Assembly (NCBI RefSeq): GCF_006345805.1
Contig: NW_021834402.1
Coordinates: 3,600 to 67,599 of the forward strand
Source: Octopus sinensis
Taxonomy: Eukaryota
Reading direction: 5' to 3'
Length of the DNA stretch: 64,000 nucleotides
Shown: positions 1 through 10,658 of the stretch, piece after piece
How the letters are laid out: each line of letters begins with the position of its first letter
Numbering within the stretch: position 1 is the first letter of the stretch
Translations under genes and position numbers: made by a program
The notes under the pieces: model-generated
Told to the model about the DNA's origin: nothing
What the model saw: the letters and a program-made list of their open reading frames with translations, nothing else
The model's database searches: none

Positions 1-565
1 GATATATATATATATACATGCATGCATATGTATACATATATATACATATATACATATGTATATGTATATATATATATATGTATATATGTGCGTGTTTGTA
101 TGTATGTATATGATATATATTTACATAATCATAAATATATATGTACGTGTATATGGATGTATGCCTGTGAAAGAGTATTCTATGTCCGTAAGAGCATTGT
201 TGACCGTATACACAGAATACGTTATACATCCACAAGTTCATTTGTACCGAGTCATTTTTTATTAACGCTGACATTGCTGTGTCCTTGATGAAGCTACATA
301 ATTCTCAGATGGGCCAATCCTCAAAGCTGTAAACTGATACAACAGTATAATCAGAACTGCATAATAAAACTGACTGGCTGTTTCGTTCCTGCCCTGTAGG
401 CAGTGTTTCTCATAGGGAAAAGCCAAGCCTACTTGGGATGGGCGTTGTGTGGACTGAAAATGATGGACATGTTTTACGAATTTACGTTGTTCAAAAATAC
501 TTCTTCAACACCATGCGCACCGCCATATATAATAAATATTACTTTTTACTTTGTTTCTTTAATTT

Positions 566-958
566 GTTTATTGTTTCAGTCATTTGACTGCGGCCATGCT
601 GGAGCACCACATTTAGTCGAGCAAATCGACCTAAAGGACTTCTTTGTAAGCCCAGTACTTATTCTATCGGTCTCTTTTGCCGAACCGCTAAGTGACGGGG
701 ACGTAAACACACCAGCATCGGTTGTGAAGCAATGCTAGGGGGACAAACACAGACACACAAACATATACACACACACTTATATATATATACATATATACGA
801 CAGGCTTCTTTCAGTTTCCGTCTACCAAATCCACTCATAAGGCATTGGTCGGCCCGGGGCTATAGCAGAAACACTTGCCCAATGCCACGCAGTGGGACTG
901 AACCCGGAAACATGTGGTTGGTTAGCAAGCTACTTACCGCACAGCCACTCCTGCGCCT
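566..958 (-). mobile_element. tRNA-derived SINE, family A (full length)
   Basis: Reverse complement begins AGGCGCAGGAGTGGCTGTGCGGTAAG (A-box-like), has GGTTCAGTCCC (B-box-like), an internal TA/TG microsatellite and the 3' CAGTCAAATGACTGAAACAA end. More than 10 similar copies occur in the window. Confidence 0.85.
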
Positions 959-1523
959 ATATATATATATATAATATATATATATATACGATGAAAAACT
1001 GAAGTCGGTCTCAGCAGAGTTTCTACTCACAGCGTAAAGATGCATTCCGTCCGACATGCTAACGATTTTATAAGCTCGCTGCCTTAGAAAATAAAGTAAT
1101 ATCTATTTCAAAATATTGACCCAAGGCCAGTAATATCGAGGAAGGGTGTAGCTCAATTACATTGGTCCCTAGTGCTCAGTTACCTTATTTTGTCGAACCC
1201 GAAAAGCTGTTTGGTAAATTTGAACTTAGAACATGAATACAGACGAAATGAAATAATGTATTTTGCAGGCGTGTTAACGATTGTGGCACCTCGCCGCCTT
1301 AAAATATGGGTATTATTTTTAATCCCCTTTGGAACGTATTTGTAATAGAAGATGCAGCCTTGCTACAGTTTGTCACTCAGATTCTGTGCCTAAGAATAAT
1401 GATAAATCTACGTGTATATGTGGAATACTCAGCCACTTACACGTTCATTTCTGGAGCAGGGATTCATATGTTCGAAACTAACAAACAATTTATTACTCTT
1501 GTTTACATTTCAGATTCAACTGA

Positions 1524-1735
1524 GCGGATGAACTGGTAGAATCGTTAAGACGTCGCGCTTAGCGGCATTTCCTTCGTCTTTACGTTCAGAGTTCAAATTT
1601 CACCGAGGTCGATTTTGCCTTTCATCCATTTGGAGTCGATTGAATGAAAGTACCAACTGAACATTGAGGGGCGAGGGAAGTAGTCGACAAGCCTCCTAGC
1701 CCAACGTTTCAGGCCTTGTGCCTTTCATGGGAAGG
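1524..1735 (+). mobile_element. Degenerate SINE, older family B' (tail TTTCAGGCCTTGTGCC)
   Basis: Same head, B-box (GAGTTCAAAT) and GCCTTTCATCC core as family B, but a different tail and higher divergence. Confidence 0.65.
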
Positions 1736-1824
1736 GTGTTTCAGAATCTATTATGATCTGTATTGATTTGAGTTCAAAACCTATTGAAGTCAGCTTTACC
1801 TGTCTTCATTCTCCCTTCATTAAT

Positions 1825-2226
1825 TACTAGCAGTATCGCCCGGCGTTGCTCGGGTTTGTAAGGGAAATAACTATATAAGCATTTTTAGAGATGTAAAGTA
1901 TAATAGCCATCTCAATATGGCTAACCAAAAAAGGGGGGGGTGTTACTGTAGCTTTTTACGTTCTGAGATTTAATAATAAATTTTTAGAGCGTCACTTCCC
2001 TTATATATGCCAAAAATGCATTAAAAATGGGAAAAATTGATGGTAAATTTTTTTTTTAAATCGTAGACTCATCGTAGACGCGCGCTAATACCCAGAAGGG
2101 CTCGATATGAATCACGACTATAAGATACCCGGTTTTGGTTAAACTGCACCGCAAAATGTGGGAGTAGTTAGGAATCTAAATCGTAGGAGACAGACAGCAC
2201 ACAACTTCACTTTTATATATAAAGAT
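1825..2226 (+). mobile_element. Non-autonomous Helitron/Helentron-like element
   Basis: Starts TACTAGCAGTATCGCCCGGCGTTGCTCGGG and ends CACACAACTTCACTTTTATATATAAAGAT. Both termini are shared with 19035-19480 and resemble invertebrate non-autonomous Helitron ends. Confidence 0.55.
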
Positions 2227-2381
2227 TTCCTCTTCAAAATCTGTTATCGTAAGAAATCGTAAGAATTGGGTGGGGGTTATGATATAATTCATTGAAATCC
2301 GGATAAAATACCCTGTTTGCCTCTAGTCTTAATTTTTAGTTTAACTTCTACGATAAACGAGAAAAAACAGCCATCAAATAA

Positions 2382-2689
2382 TAAAGATTGTTTGCCAACA
2401 TAACATGGTAGTCCTGGATTAGGACCAATGTTGCTGTAATTTAGCCCCAGGAGACATGGTCTCCAGCTGGCTATGCGACACGATCTGTGTCCTTATATTT
2501 TCGAACAAGGGAATCTAGCACCCCCACTTAGCTCAAAACAATATCTCTGTATCGCGATTTCTTTGTTCGAAAATAAAAGGACACAGATCGTGTCGCATAG
2601 CCAGCTGGAGACGATGTCTCCCGGGGATAAATTACAGAAACATTCGTCCTAAACTAGGACTGCCATGTTATATTGGCAAACAATCTTTA
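2382..2689. mobile_element. Fold-back / MITE-like element with ~134-bp inverted arms
   Basis: 2382-2515 is a near-perfect reverse complement of 2556-2689, separated by a ~40-bp spacer. Ends are TAAAGATTG...CAATCTTTA. Confidence 0.75.
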
Positions 2690-3397
2690 CTACAAAGTAC
2701 TGTTGCTGAATATCTCACATCGTGAGATTTAAAAAATAGTAATTTTCTAGTTATCAAACAGTCTGATAAATTTAATTACTATCCTACGTTCCCCCAAAAC
2801 ATTGATTTGCCCCCTCCCGGGCCGGATATGTCTTTATCGAACAAACCTACTAAAGTCATATGTAATAACATCGTTTCTGTTTTTAGGTACCAAGGCAAAT
2901 ATTGTCCGATGTGTCGTTGTCAAAAATGTGCGCCTTCTACCGGGTTAAAATTCAACATACCAGCATTAACGAGATGTTTGTTTAAATAGCATAATTCGTT
3001 TTGTCAATCTGAGTGAGGTTTCTCTTACACGGATGTGTGATGACTTACTTCCCTGAAACTTGAATATTAAGAAAACGTACGTAAAAATAATATAAAACAA
3101 TATAAAAAATAAATATATGTAAACATAAATAAATAGATAAATAAATAGGTAAACGAAACGAAATTATACTCTTCAGGCCAAAAGATTTCTCGCACGGTGA
3201 GAAGAATATGCTAACAGAAAATTCTAATATATACATATATACGCACGCACACACGCACACATGCACATACACACACAGGTGTACATAGGTATATATACAT
3301 AAATTTGTGTGCGTATATAATACCCTAATACAGTTATACTTAACACAAGCACATGTATGTATATATATATATATATACACATACACACATTCATACA

Positions 3398-3463
<66 letters not shown>

Positions 3464-4473
3464 CGGACAGACAGACACACATATGTATATATATAAATGT
3501 ATATATATGAATGTATGGATGTGTGTATGTGTGTGTGTGTTTGTGTGTGTTTACACGGCACTTGAATAATATAAATAAAACACCATTGTTGTTAGGGAAA
3601 AAGACACCTGATGGAAAACATACATATGTATTCGTATATTGGAGTTTCTACGTGTTTGTGTGTCTGTGCTGATAATACGCATACATATGTTTCATGTGTA
3701 TATGTCTTGCGTACATTTAGCGTAAACTGTGTGTGCGCGTGTGATACCTATTATACGTGAGTTATGAAATTACCGTCGTGATGACTTGGAGACTTTAAAA
3801 TGGAGAAGAGTAGGGTGTCAATAAAATAAATACCAATATCTTACTTTTTACTTCTTGGGTAAACTGATTGAAAACATCTTGTGGCACGTATGGAATGTTC
3901 AGTTTGTTTTGCTATTACGATCGTTATTACCGCGAGGGAGTGGATGGCAAAAACGCTAGAGAAACTTACGGGAAAAATTTAGTACTTAGCTCTTTATACT
4001 TTAACTCTATATCTTCTGTTTTCATCCCCACTTTCTTTCCCTTCAGGTCTCTATTACCCCCATCTTTCCTTCTCTCTCTGTCTCCTCATTTTTTCTAACA
4101 TTCACCAAGTCACTATCACATCTTCCTCGCTGTTTTTCGAAGACGGTCTAACTTCTCTCTCTTTCTGTTTCATTATTCTGAGGCTGATAAATTTCAATAC
4201 CTATAAAGGGAAAAGCATTGCTACTACGATAGCGGTACTGTTCCATAGTCTGGTATTAATCTGGAATTCTATGTATCGATCTCAATCAATCGATTGCAAA
4301 TTTTAACATTTGACGTGAAGGAAAAGTGGTGCAACACACGTATTTGTACAGTTCTATAGATATGTATATATAGGAGATTACATATGCACAGATATACTAA
4401 CAGACATACATACATTCCCACACATATATGTATATTTGTACATGTATGTATACATCTGCCTCAGTTTCTCTCG

Positions 4474-4803
4474 GGCATGGCTGTGTGGTAAGTAGCTTGC
4501 TTACCAACCACATGGTTCCGGGTTCAGTCACACTGCGTGGTACCTTGGACAAGGGTCTTCTACTATAACCTCGGGCCGACCAAATCTTTATGAATGAATT
4601 TGGCAGACGGAAACTGAAATAAGTCCGTCGTATGTATGTGCATATATATATGCATGTGTATATGCTTATGCGTCTGTGTTTGTTACCCCAACATCGCTTG
4701 ACAACCGATGCTGGTGGGTTTGCGTCACCGTGACTTAGCGGTTCGGCAAAAGAGACCGATAGAATTAGTACTAGGCGTACAAAGAATAAGTCCTCTGGTC
4801 GAT
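4474..4803 (+). mobile_element. SINE family A, 3'-truncated at a GATA microsatellite
   Basis: Family A head and body; the sequence ends at GGTCGAT and runs into (AGAT)n. Confidence 0.8.
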
Positions 4804-4859
4804 AGATAGATAGATAGTCAAAGAGATTTAGATAGACAAACATGTATATGTATAAGCAT

Positions 4860-4866
4860 ATACAAC

Positions 4867-4919
<53 letters not shown>

Positions 4920-5166
4920 TGGAAGAGAAAGAGAGAGAAAGAAAGAGAGAAAGAATGAGAGATAAAGAGTGAGAAAGAGAGAGAGAAAGATAGACAGATA
5001 GAGAGAAAGAGAGTGAGAGAGAGCTTGTGTGGTGTGAGAGTGTGTATAAGAGACAGAGAGGGTGAAAGAGAGAAGAAAGAAAAGAAGAAAGAAGGAAGAA
5101 AGTACGACAGCAAGCAAGCAACAAAGAAAGAAAGAAAGAAAAATGAAAGAAATAACGCAGGAACGA

Positions 5167-5201
<35 letters not shown>

Positions 5202-5240
5202 GAAGAGAGAAGGAAAGAAGAGAGAGAGAAAAAGATCTTC
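4860..5240. repeat. Compound (TA)n/(GA)n/(GAAA)n microsatellite
   Basis: Directly visible. Confidence 0.95.
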
Positions 5241-5579
5241 TATAATGACAGCGAGTAACAGAAACCTTTGTATGGTATGGGAGGTGGACTGGATAGTGAA
5301 GTGGTGTTTCGTGAGGTGAATCGTAAGAGAGTACTCTGCTGCCTGGCAAAGCCACTCAATCAACATGACACAGACACTAATAAGCTTAATGTCCGTTAGT
5401 CCATTAGATCTTGTACCGAACCTATCGTATCGCCGTCCTTGCTATTTGCTTGTATTTCTATACCCGTACACGCATGTACTCAAGCACACGGCCGCCGTAC
5501 ACGCATACATGCAACCATAACACATACATGCACATACACATCAAGACTACGAGTGTATATACTTATATGTAAATACACG

Positions 5580-5593
5580 CATGCATATATCTG

Positions 5594-5662
<69 letters not shown>

Positions 5663-5672
5663 ATCTATCTAC

Positions 5673-5712
<40 letters not shown>

Positions 5713-5900
5713 ATATATATATATATATATATGCGTATATATATATGTATATATAAGTATATATATATGTATTATGTATGCGTATATATGTATGTATATA
5801 TATATATGTATGTATATATATATATATATATATAAGTATATATATATATGTATGTATTATGCATGCATATATATGTGTGTATATATATATATATATTGTT
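5580..5900. repeat. (TCTA)n plus (TA)n microsatellite
   Basis: Directly visible. Confidence 0.95.
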
Positions 5901-6254
5901 ACACATCGGTGGTCACAAATTTGACCTGGAGAGAATTTGAATACAGAGCATGAAGAACTAATATAATCTCGAATACTGCAAGTTTTTCGTTCGAGGCTCA
6001 ACATTTTTTTCTAATCTGTCACCCTCCGAGTGTAACTAATCATTTCCAATAAGTCACATCATCAATAAGTCTACATCATACCTGGACCTGTTAGAAATAG
6101 CAACTAAATCTCACTAGTTTCCAAAATTTATACATAAAGAAATAAAGGTAGGCAAAGTTACTTTCTCGACTCGGTGCTGATTTACAAGGGTCGGTTTCTC
6201 CATTTGTCATGGCATAAATTCTCCACATGTACCGAACTCCGAGCCGCCGCAAGT

Positions 6255-6403
6255 TTACTTATTTTTGCCAGCTGAGTGGACTGAAGCAAGGTAAAATGAA
6301 GTGTTTTGCTCAAGGAGACACTGCATCGCTCTGTTCTGGAATCGAAACCACAATCTTACGATCATGAGTTCAGCACACTAACCACTAAGCCACGCGACTC
6401 CAC
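6255..6403 (-). mobile_element. tRNA-derived SINE, family D (head plus CCAGTCCACTCAGCTGGCAAAA core)
   Basis: Reverse complement GTGGAGTCGCGTGGCTTAGTGGTTAG...GGTTTCGATTCC (A and B boxes). Homologous to 38588-38910 and 56779-56925. Confidence 0.7.
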
Positions 6404-7094
6404 TCATTCCAACTAGGCTTATGACTGATAGAAAATATAACCAAGACTGAAGCACATTTCATCATACCTCTTCTCATTTACAGCTGACCCGAGGATTTGA
6501 ACTCAAAGTGCAGAAATTTAGAATCAATGTGCCAAAGCATTTTATCCAACGCTGTAACGTCTTATCAATTCACCGTATTCCCACCATGTGCAATTACAGT
6601 TTTAATTTACCACATACTTTCTCTGCCAACGAATTATGTAGTATAAGAATCCTCACCATCACTTCTTGTGATTGGTGCGGTCAATCGCTGTACTGCTCCC
6701 TTGACAGTCAGCAATCGCACTGAACCCTGTCCTCTGTTACACACAGAAGGGTCACCGTGTTCAGTCTTGACCTATCAATAATGTTGTCATATCAGGGTTT
6801 TCTTTATTTATCTTTCTTTCGTCCTCATTCATCTCTGACCTGAAGCGACATTTCAGACAAGGGGACATGACAGGATACATATCCATACCAGGTGAGCTTT
6901 CGACATTTCAGCTTAGCGTGTAGTGGCTGTTGCTTTTCGCCTGCCAGTACATTTAGGGATTTTCTGTCTGAGTAAGGCGTGTGACTGTACTCTTTATACA
7001 AGACATGTTAGTTTTCTAACGCAAATATACTCCAATGACTAACATTTGTCAAATGCCTAGATTACCTGCTCAGTTATTAGGTGGAGATTATTAG

Positions 7095-7330
7095 GGCGGT
7101 GAGTTGGCAGAAACGTTAGCACGCCGGGCGAAATGCTTAGCGATATTTCGTCTGTCGTTATGTTCTGAGTTCAAATTCCGCCGAGGTCGACTTTGCCTTT
7201 CATCCTTTCGGGGTCTATAAATAAAGTAGTAGTTTCGCACTGGGGTCGATGTAATCGACTTAATTCAATTCCTTTGTCTGTCCTTGTTTGTCCCCTCTAT
7301 GTTTAGCTCCTTGTGGGCAATAAAGAAATA
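7095..7330 (+). mobile_element. SINE family B monomer (tail ...GGGCAATAAAGAAATA)
   Basis: GGCGGTGAGTTGGCAGAAACGTTAG head, GAGTTCAAATTCC B-box, GCCTTTCATCCTTTCGGGGTC core and complete tail. Confidence 0.9.
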
Positions 7331-7923
7331 TATATTATAGAGGAGATTGTTTAATATTAACTTTGTTGTGTGGAGTAAAACATTTATTAACAGAAACAAC
7401 TTATTTTATTCTACTAGCGATTAATCACCAACATTTGTTTCTTACTTATCAAATTCGACCAGAGAAGAAAAATGGCCGCGAAACCTTCCTTAAGTGACGC
7501 AGTGTTGAGCAAGGAAAGGACACCTTATGTCAACGAAGTTTTATATGCACGTAAAAAGATGAAATAATCATGAGTTGAATGACTTCATAAAAGATTTCAT
7601 CAAATTGTGTCGACCTGCAATTAAACAACTACAACAAGAATAAAAATATACAAATAAACAAATAGCATCAACAAGGATAAAAAGTACAATATTAACCATA
7701 TATGGTACGGTCGAATAACATATATATATACACACATGCAGCCACATACGCACGCACACATACATATATGTCCATATATACGCATATATACAAATCTTTA
7801 TATTACCATGTCATTGCTCTCTTTCTCTCGATACTTTCTTTTATAAAAGGGCCGTGAGAAAGGACATAACGATAGAAAAAATATATAGCATATATATCCA
7901 GGTATATATGTATAATACTATAT

Positions 7924-7966
<43 letters not shown>

Positions 7967-7968
7967 TA

Positions 7969-8009
<41 letters not shown>

Positions 8010-8077
8010 CATACATACATACTTACATACAATATATATATATTTATAATTATACATACATACATACACAATACATA

Positions 8078-8124
<47 letters not shown>

Positions 8125-8126
8125 TA

Positions 8127-8555
8127 GGCGTTGGAGTGCCTGTGTGGTATAGCAGGAGTGGGTGTGTAGTGAGTAACTTGCTTACCAACCACATGGTTCC
8201 GAGTTCAGTTCCACTGCGTAGTACCTTGGGCAAGTGTCTTCTGTAGATTCGGGCCGACCAAAGCTTTATGAGTGGATTTGGTAGGCGGAAACTGGAAGAA
8301 GCCCATCGCTTATATGTACATATAAATGTATGTGCATATGTTTGTGTGTCTGTGTTTGTCACCCCAACATCGCTTGACAACTGATGCTGGTGTGTTTACG
8401 CCCCCGTAATATAGCGGTTCGTCAAAATCTTCCGATAGAATAAGTATTAGGCTTACAAAGAATAAGTCCTGGGGTCGATTTGCTCGGCTAAAGGCGGTGC
8501 TCCAGCACGACCACTGTCAAATGACGGAAACAAGTAAAAGAGTAAGAGTAAAGTA
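8127..8555 (+). mobile_element. SINE family A
   Basis: Full family A sequence with a partly duplicated head and an (AAAGAGT)-like tail. Confidence 0.85.
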
Positions 8556-9135
8556 AGATATATATATATATATATATATATACTATATTATATATATATA
8601 TATATGCGTGGTGTGTATGTGTGTGTGTTATGTATCTTAAACGACCATACTACATACATTGTGCTATTAAACAACATAACAATAGCACTACCTGTAATAT
8701 GATATGAACAACGGAAGGCATAACACATTCAGTAATGTTGGTTTAATATTCATGATGTTGCTCTTGATAGTATATTTCTGGTCAATAGACGGGATTGACA
8801 TGTTCGAGACATATTTCATTATAAATCTGCAGGAATAAATTTAATCTGGGGCAAAGAAACCCCAGCCATCGTAACAAAAAATACCATTAGCGAGACAATC
8901 AAATAAGAACATCTTAAAAGAAAGGAAGGACACTTTAGATAATGTTGTCTTAAAATATATTGTTTCAAATCATCAGAGCAGAACCTCTTTTATCAAAGAT
9001 CTGTTCGACACGACATGAGGTTTAACAACGACGACGAAAATCATGTCATGAGGTTTAGCAACGCCACCACCAACGACAACACCGCTTAATTCTGTTGCTT
9101 AGTTTTCATTCGTGGTTAATTCTGTTTCATACTAT

Positions 9136-10411
9136 CTATTTCTTTACTACCCACAAGGGTAGTAAATACAGAGGGGGGACAAACAAGGACAGACAAACGG
9201 ATTAAGTCGATTACATCGACCCCAGTGCGTAGCTGGCACTTAATTTATCGACCCCGAAAGGATGAAAGGCAAAGTCGACCTCGGCGGAATTTGAACTCAG
9301 AATTTAACGGCAGACGAAATACCTATTTCTTTACTACCCACAAGGGGTTAAACACAAAGGGGACAAACAAGGACAGAAAAACGGATTAAGTCGATTACAT
9401 CGATCCCATACGTTATGTACTTAATTTATCGCCCCGAAGGATGAAAGGCAAGTCGACCTCGGCGGCATTTGAACTGAGAACGTAACGCAGAGAAATACCT
9501 ATTTCTTACTACCCACAAGGGGCAAACACAGAGGGGGCACAACAAGGACAGACAACGGATTAATCGATTACATCGACCCCAGTGTTAGCTGGTACTTAAT
9601 TTATCGACCCCGAAAGGATGAAGGCAAAGTCGACCTTGGAGGATTTGAACTCAGAACGTAACGCAGAGGAAATACCTATTTCTTTACTACCCACAAGGGG
9701 CTAAACACAGAGGGGGCACAAACAAGGACAGACAACGGATTAAGTCGATTACATCGACCAGTGCGAGCTGGCACTTAATTTATCGACCCCGAAAGGATGA
9801 AAGGCAAGTCGACCTCGGCGGAATTGAACTCAGAATTTAACGGCAGACGAAATACCTATTTCTTTACTACCCACAAGGGGTTAAACACAAAGGGGACAAA
9901 CAAGGACAGAAAAACGGATTAAGTCGATTACATCGATCCCAGTACGTAGATGGTACTTAATTTATCGACCCCGAAAGGATGAAAGGCAAAGTCGACCTCG
10001 GCGGAATTTGAACTGAGAACGTAACGGCAGAGGAAATACCTATTTCTTTACTACCCACAAGGGGCTAAACACAGAGGGGGCACAAACAAGGACAGACAAA
10101 CGGATTAAGTCGATTACATCGACCCCAGTGCGTAGCTGGTACTTAATTTATCGACCCCGAAAGGATGAAAGGCAAAGTCGACCTTGGAGGAATTTGAACT
10201 CAGAACGTAACGGCAGAGGAAATACCTATTTCTTTACTACCCACAAGGGGCTAAACACAGAGGGGGCACAAACAAGGACAGACAAACGGATTAAGTCGGT
10301 TACATCGACCCCAGTGTGTAGCTGGTACTTAATTTATCGACCCCGAAAGGATGAAAGGCAAAGTCGACCTTGGAGGAATTTGAACTCAGAACATAACGGC
10401 AGACGAAATAC
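9136..10411 (-). repeat. Tandem array of 7 headless SINE-B bodies (~175-187 bp each)
   Basis: Units at about 9136-9322, 9323-9498, 9499-9675, 9676-9855, 9856-10039, 10040-10225 and 10226-10411. Every junction reads ...GCAGA(C/G)GAAATAC|CTATTTC on the plus strand. Confidence 0.92.
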
Positions 10412-10658
10412 GAATTTCTTTATTGCCCACCGGGGGCCAAACATAGATATGGACAGTACAACTGATGGGATCAGTGAATCGATATGATTTTACATAATGT
10501 GACATCAAAAATAAAATACAATACATAAAATCGAATGGAATACACAGTACAAAAACAATACAAATGAAGCGATGATCAAGTTACGCTCCGATCCCACAAG
10601 CCCCGATCTACCGCTGATACCTTTTTATTTTTCCTTTTTTTTTTTTTTCCTCGTCTAT

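Noticed and set aside
7472-7567. AAAATGGCCGC (YY1/Kozak-like) start of a short ORF, MAAKPSLSDAVLSK...
   Set aside because: Only 31 codons, with a weak donor and no homology I can recognise.
9136-10411. CRISPR-like regular array
   Set aside because: The units are whole SINE bodies with no unique spacers, the DNA is eukaryotic, and there are no cas genes.
10128-10487. 119-aa ORF with a repeated peptide
   Set aside because: It is an antisense reading of two tandem SINE bodies, and similar ORFs arise from other SINE copies.
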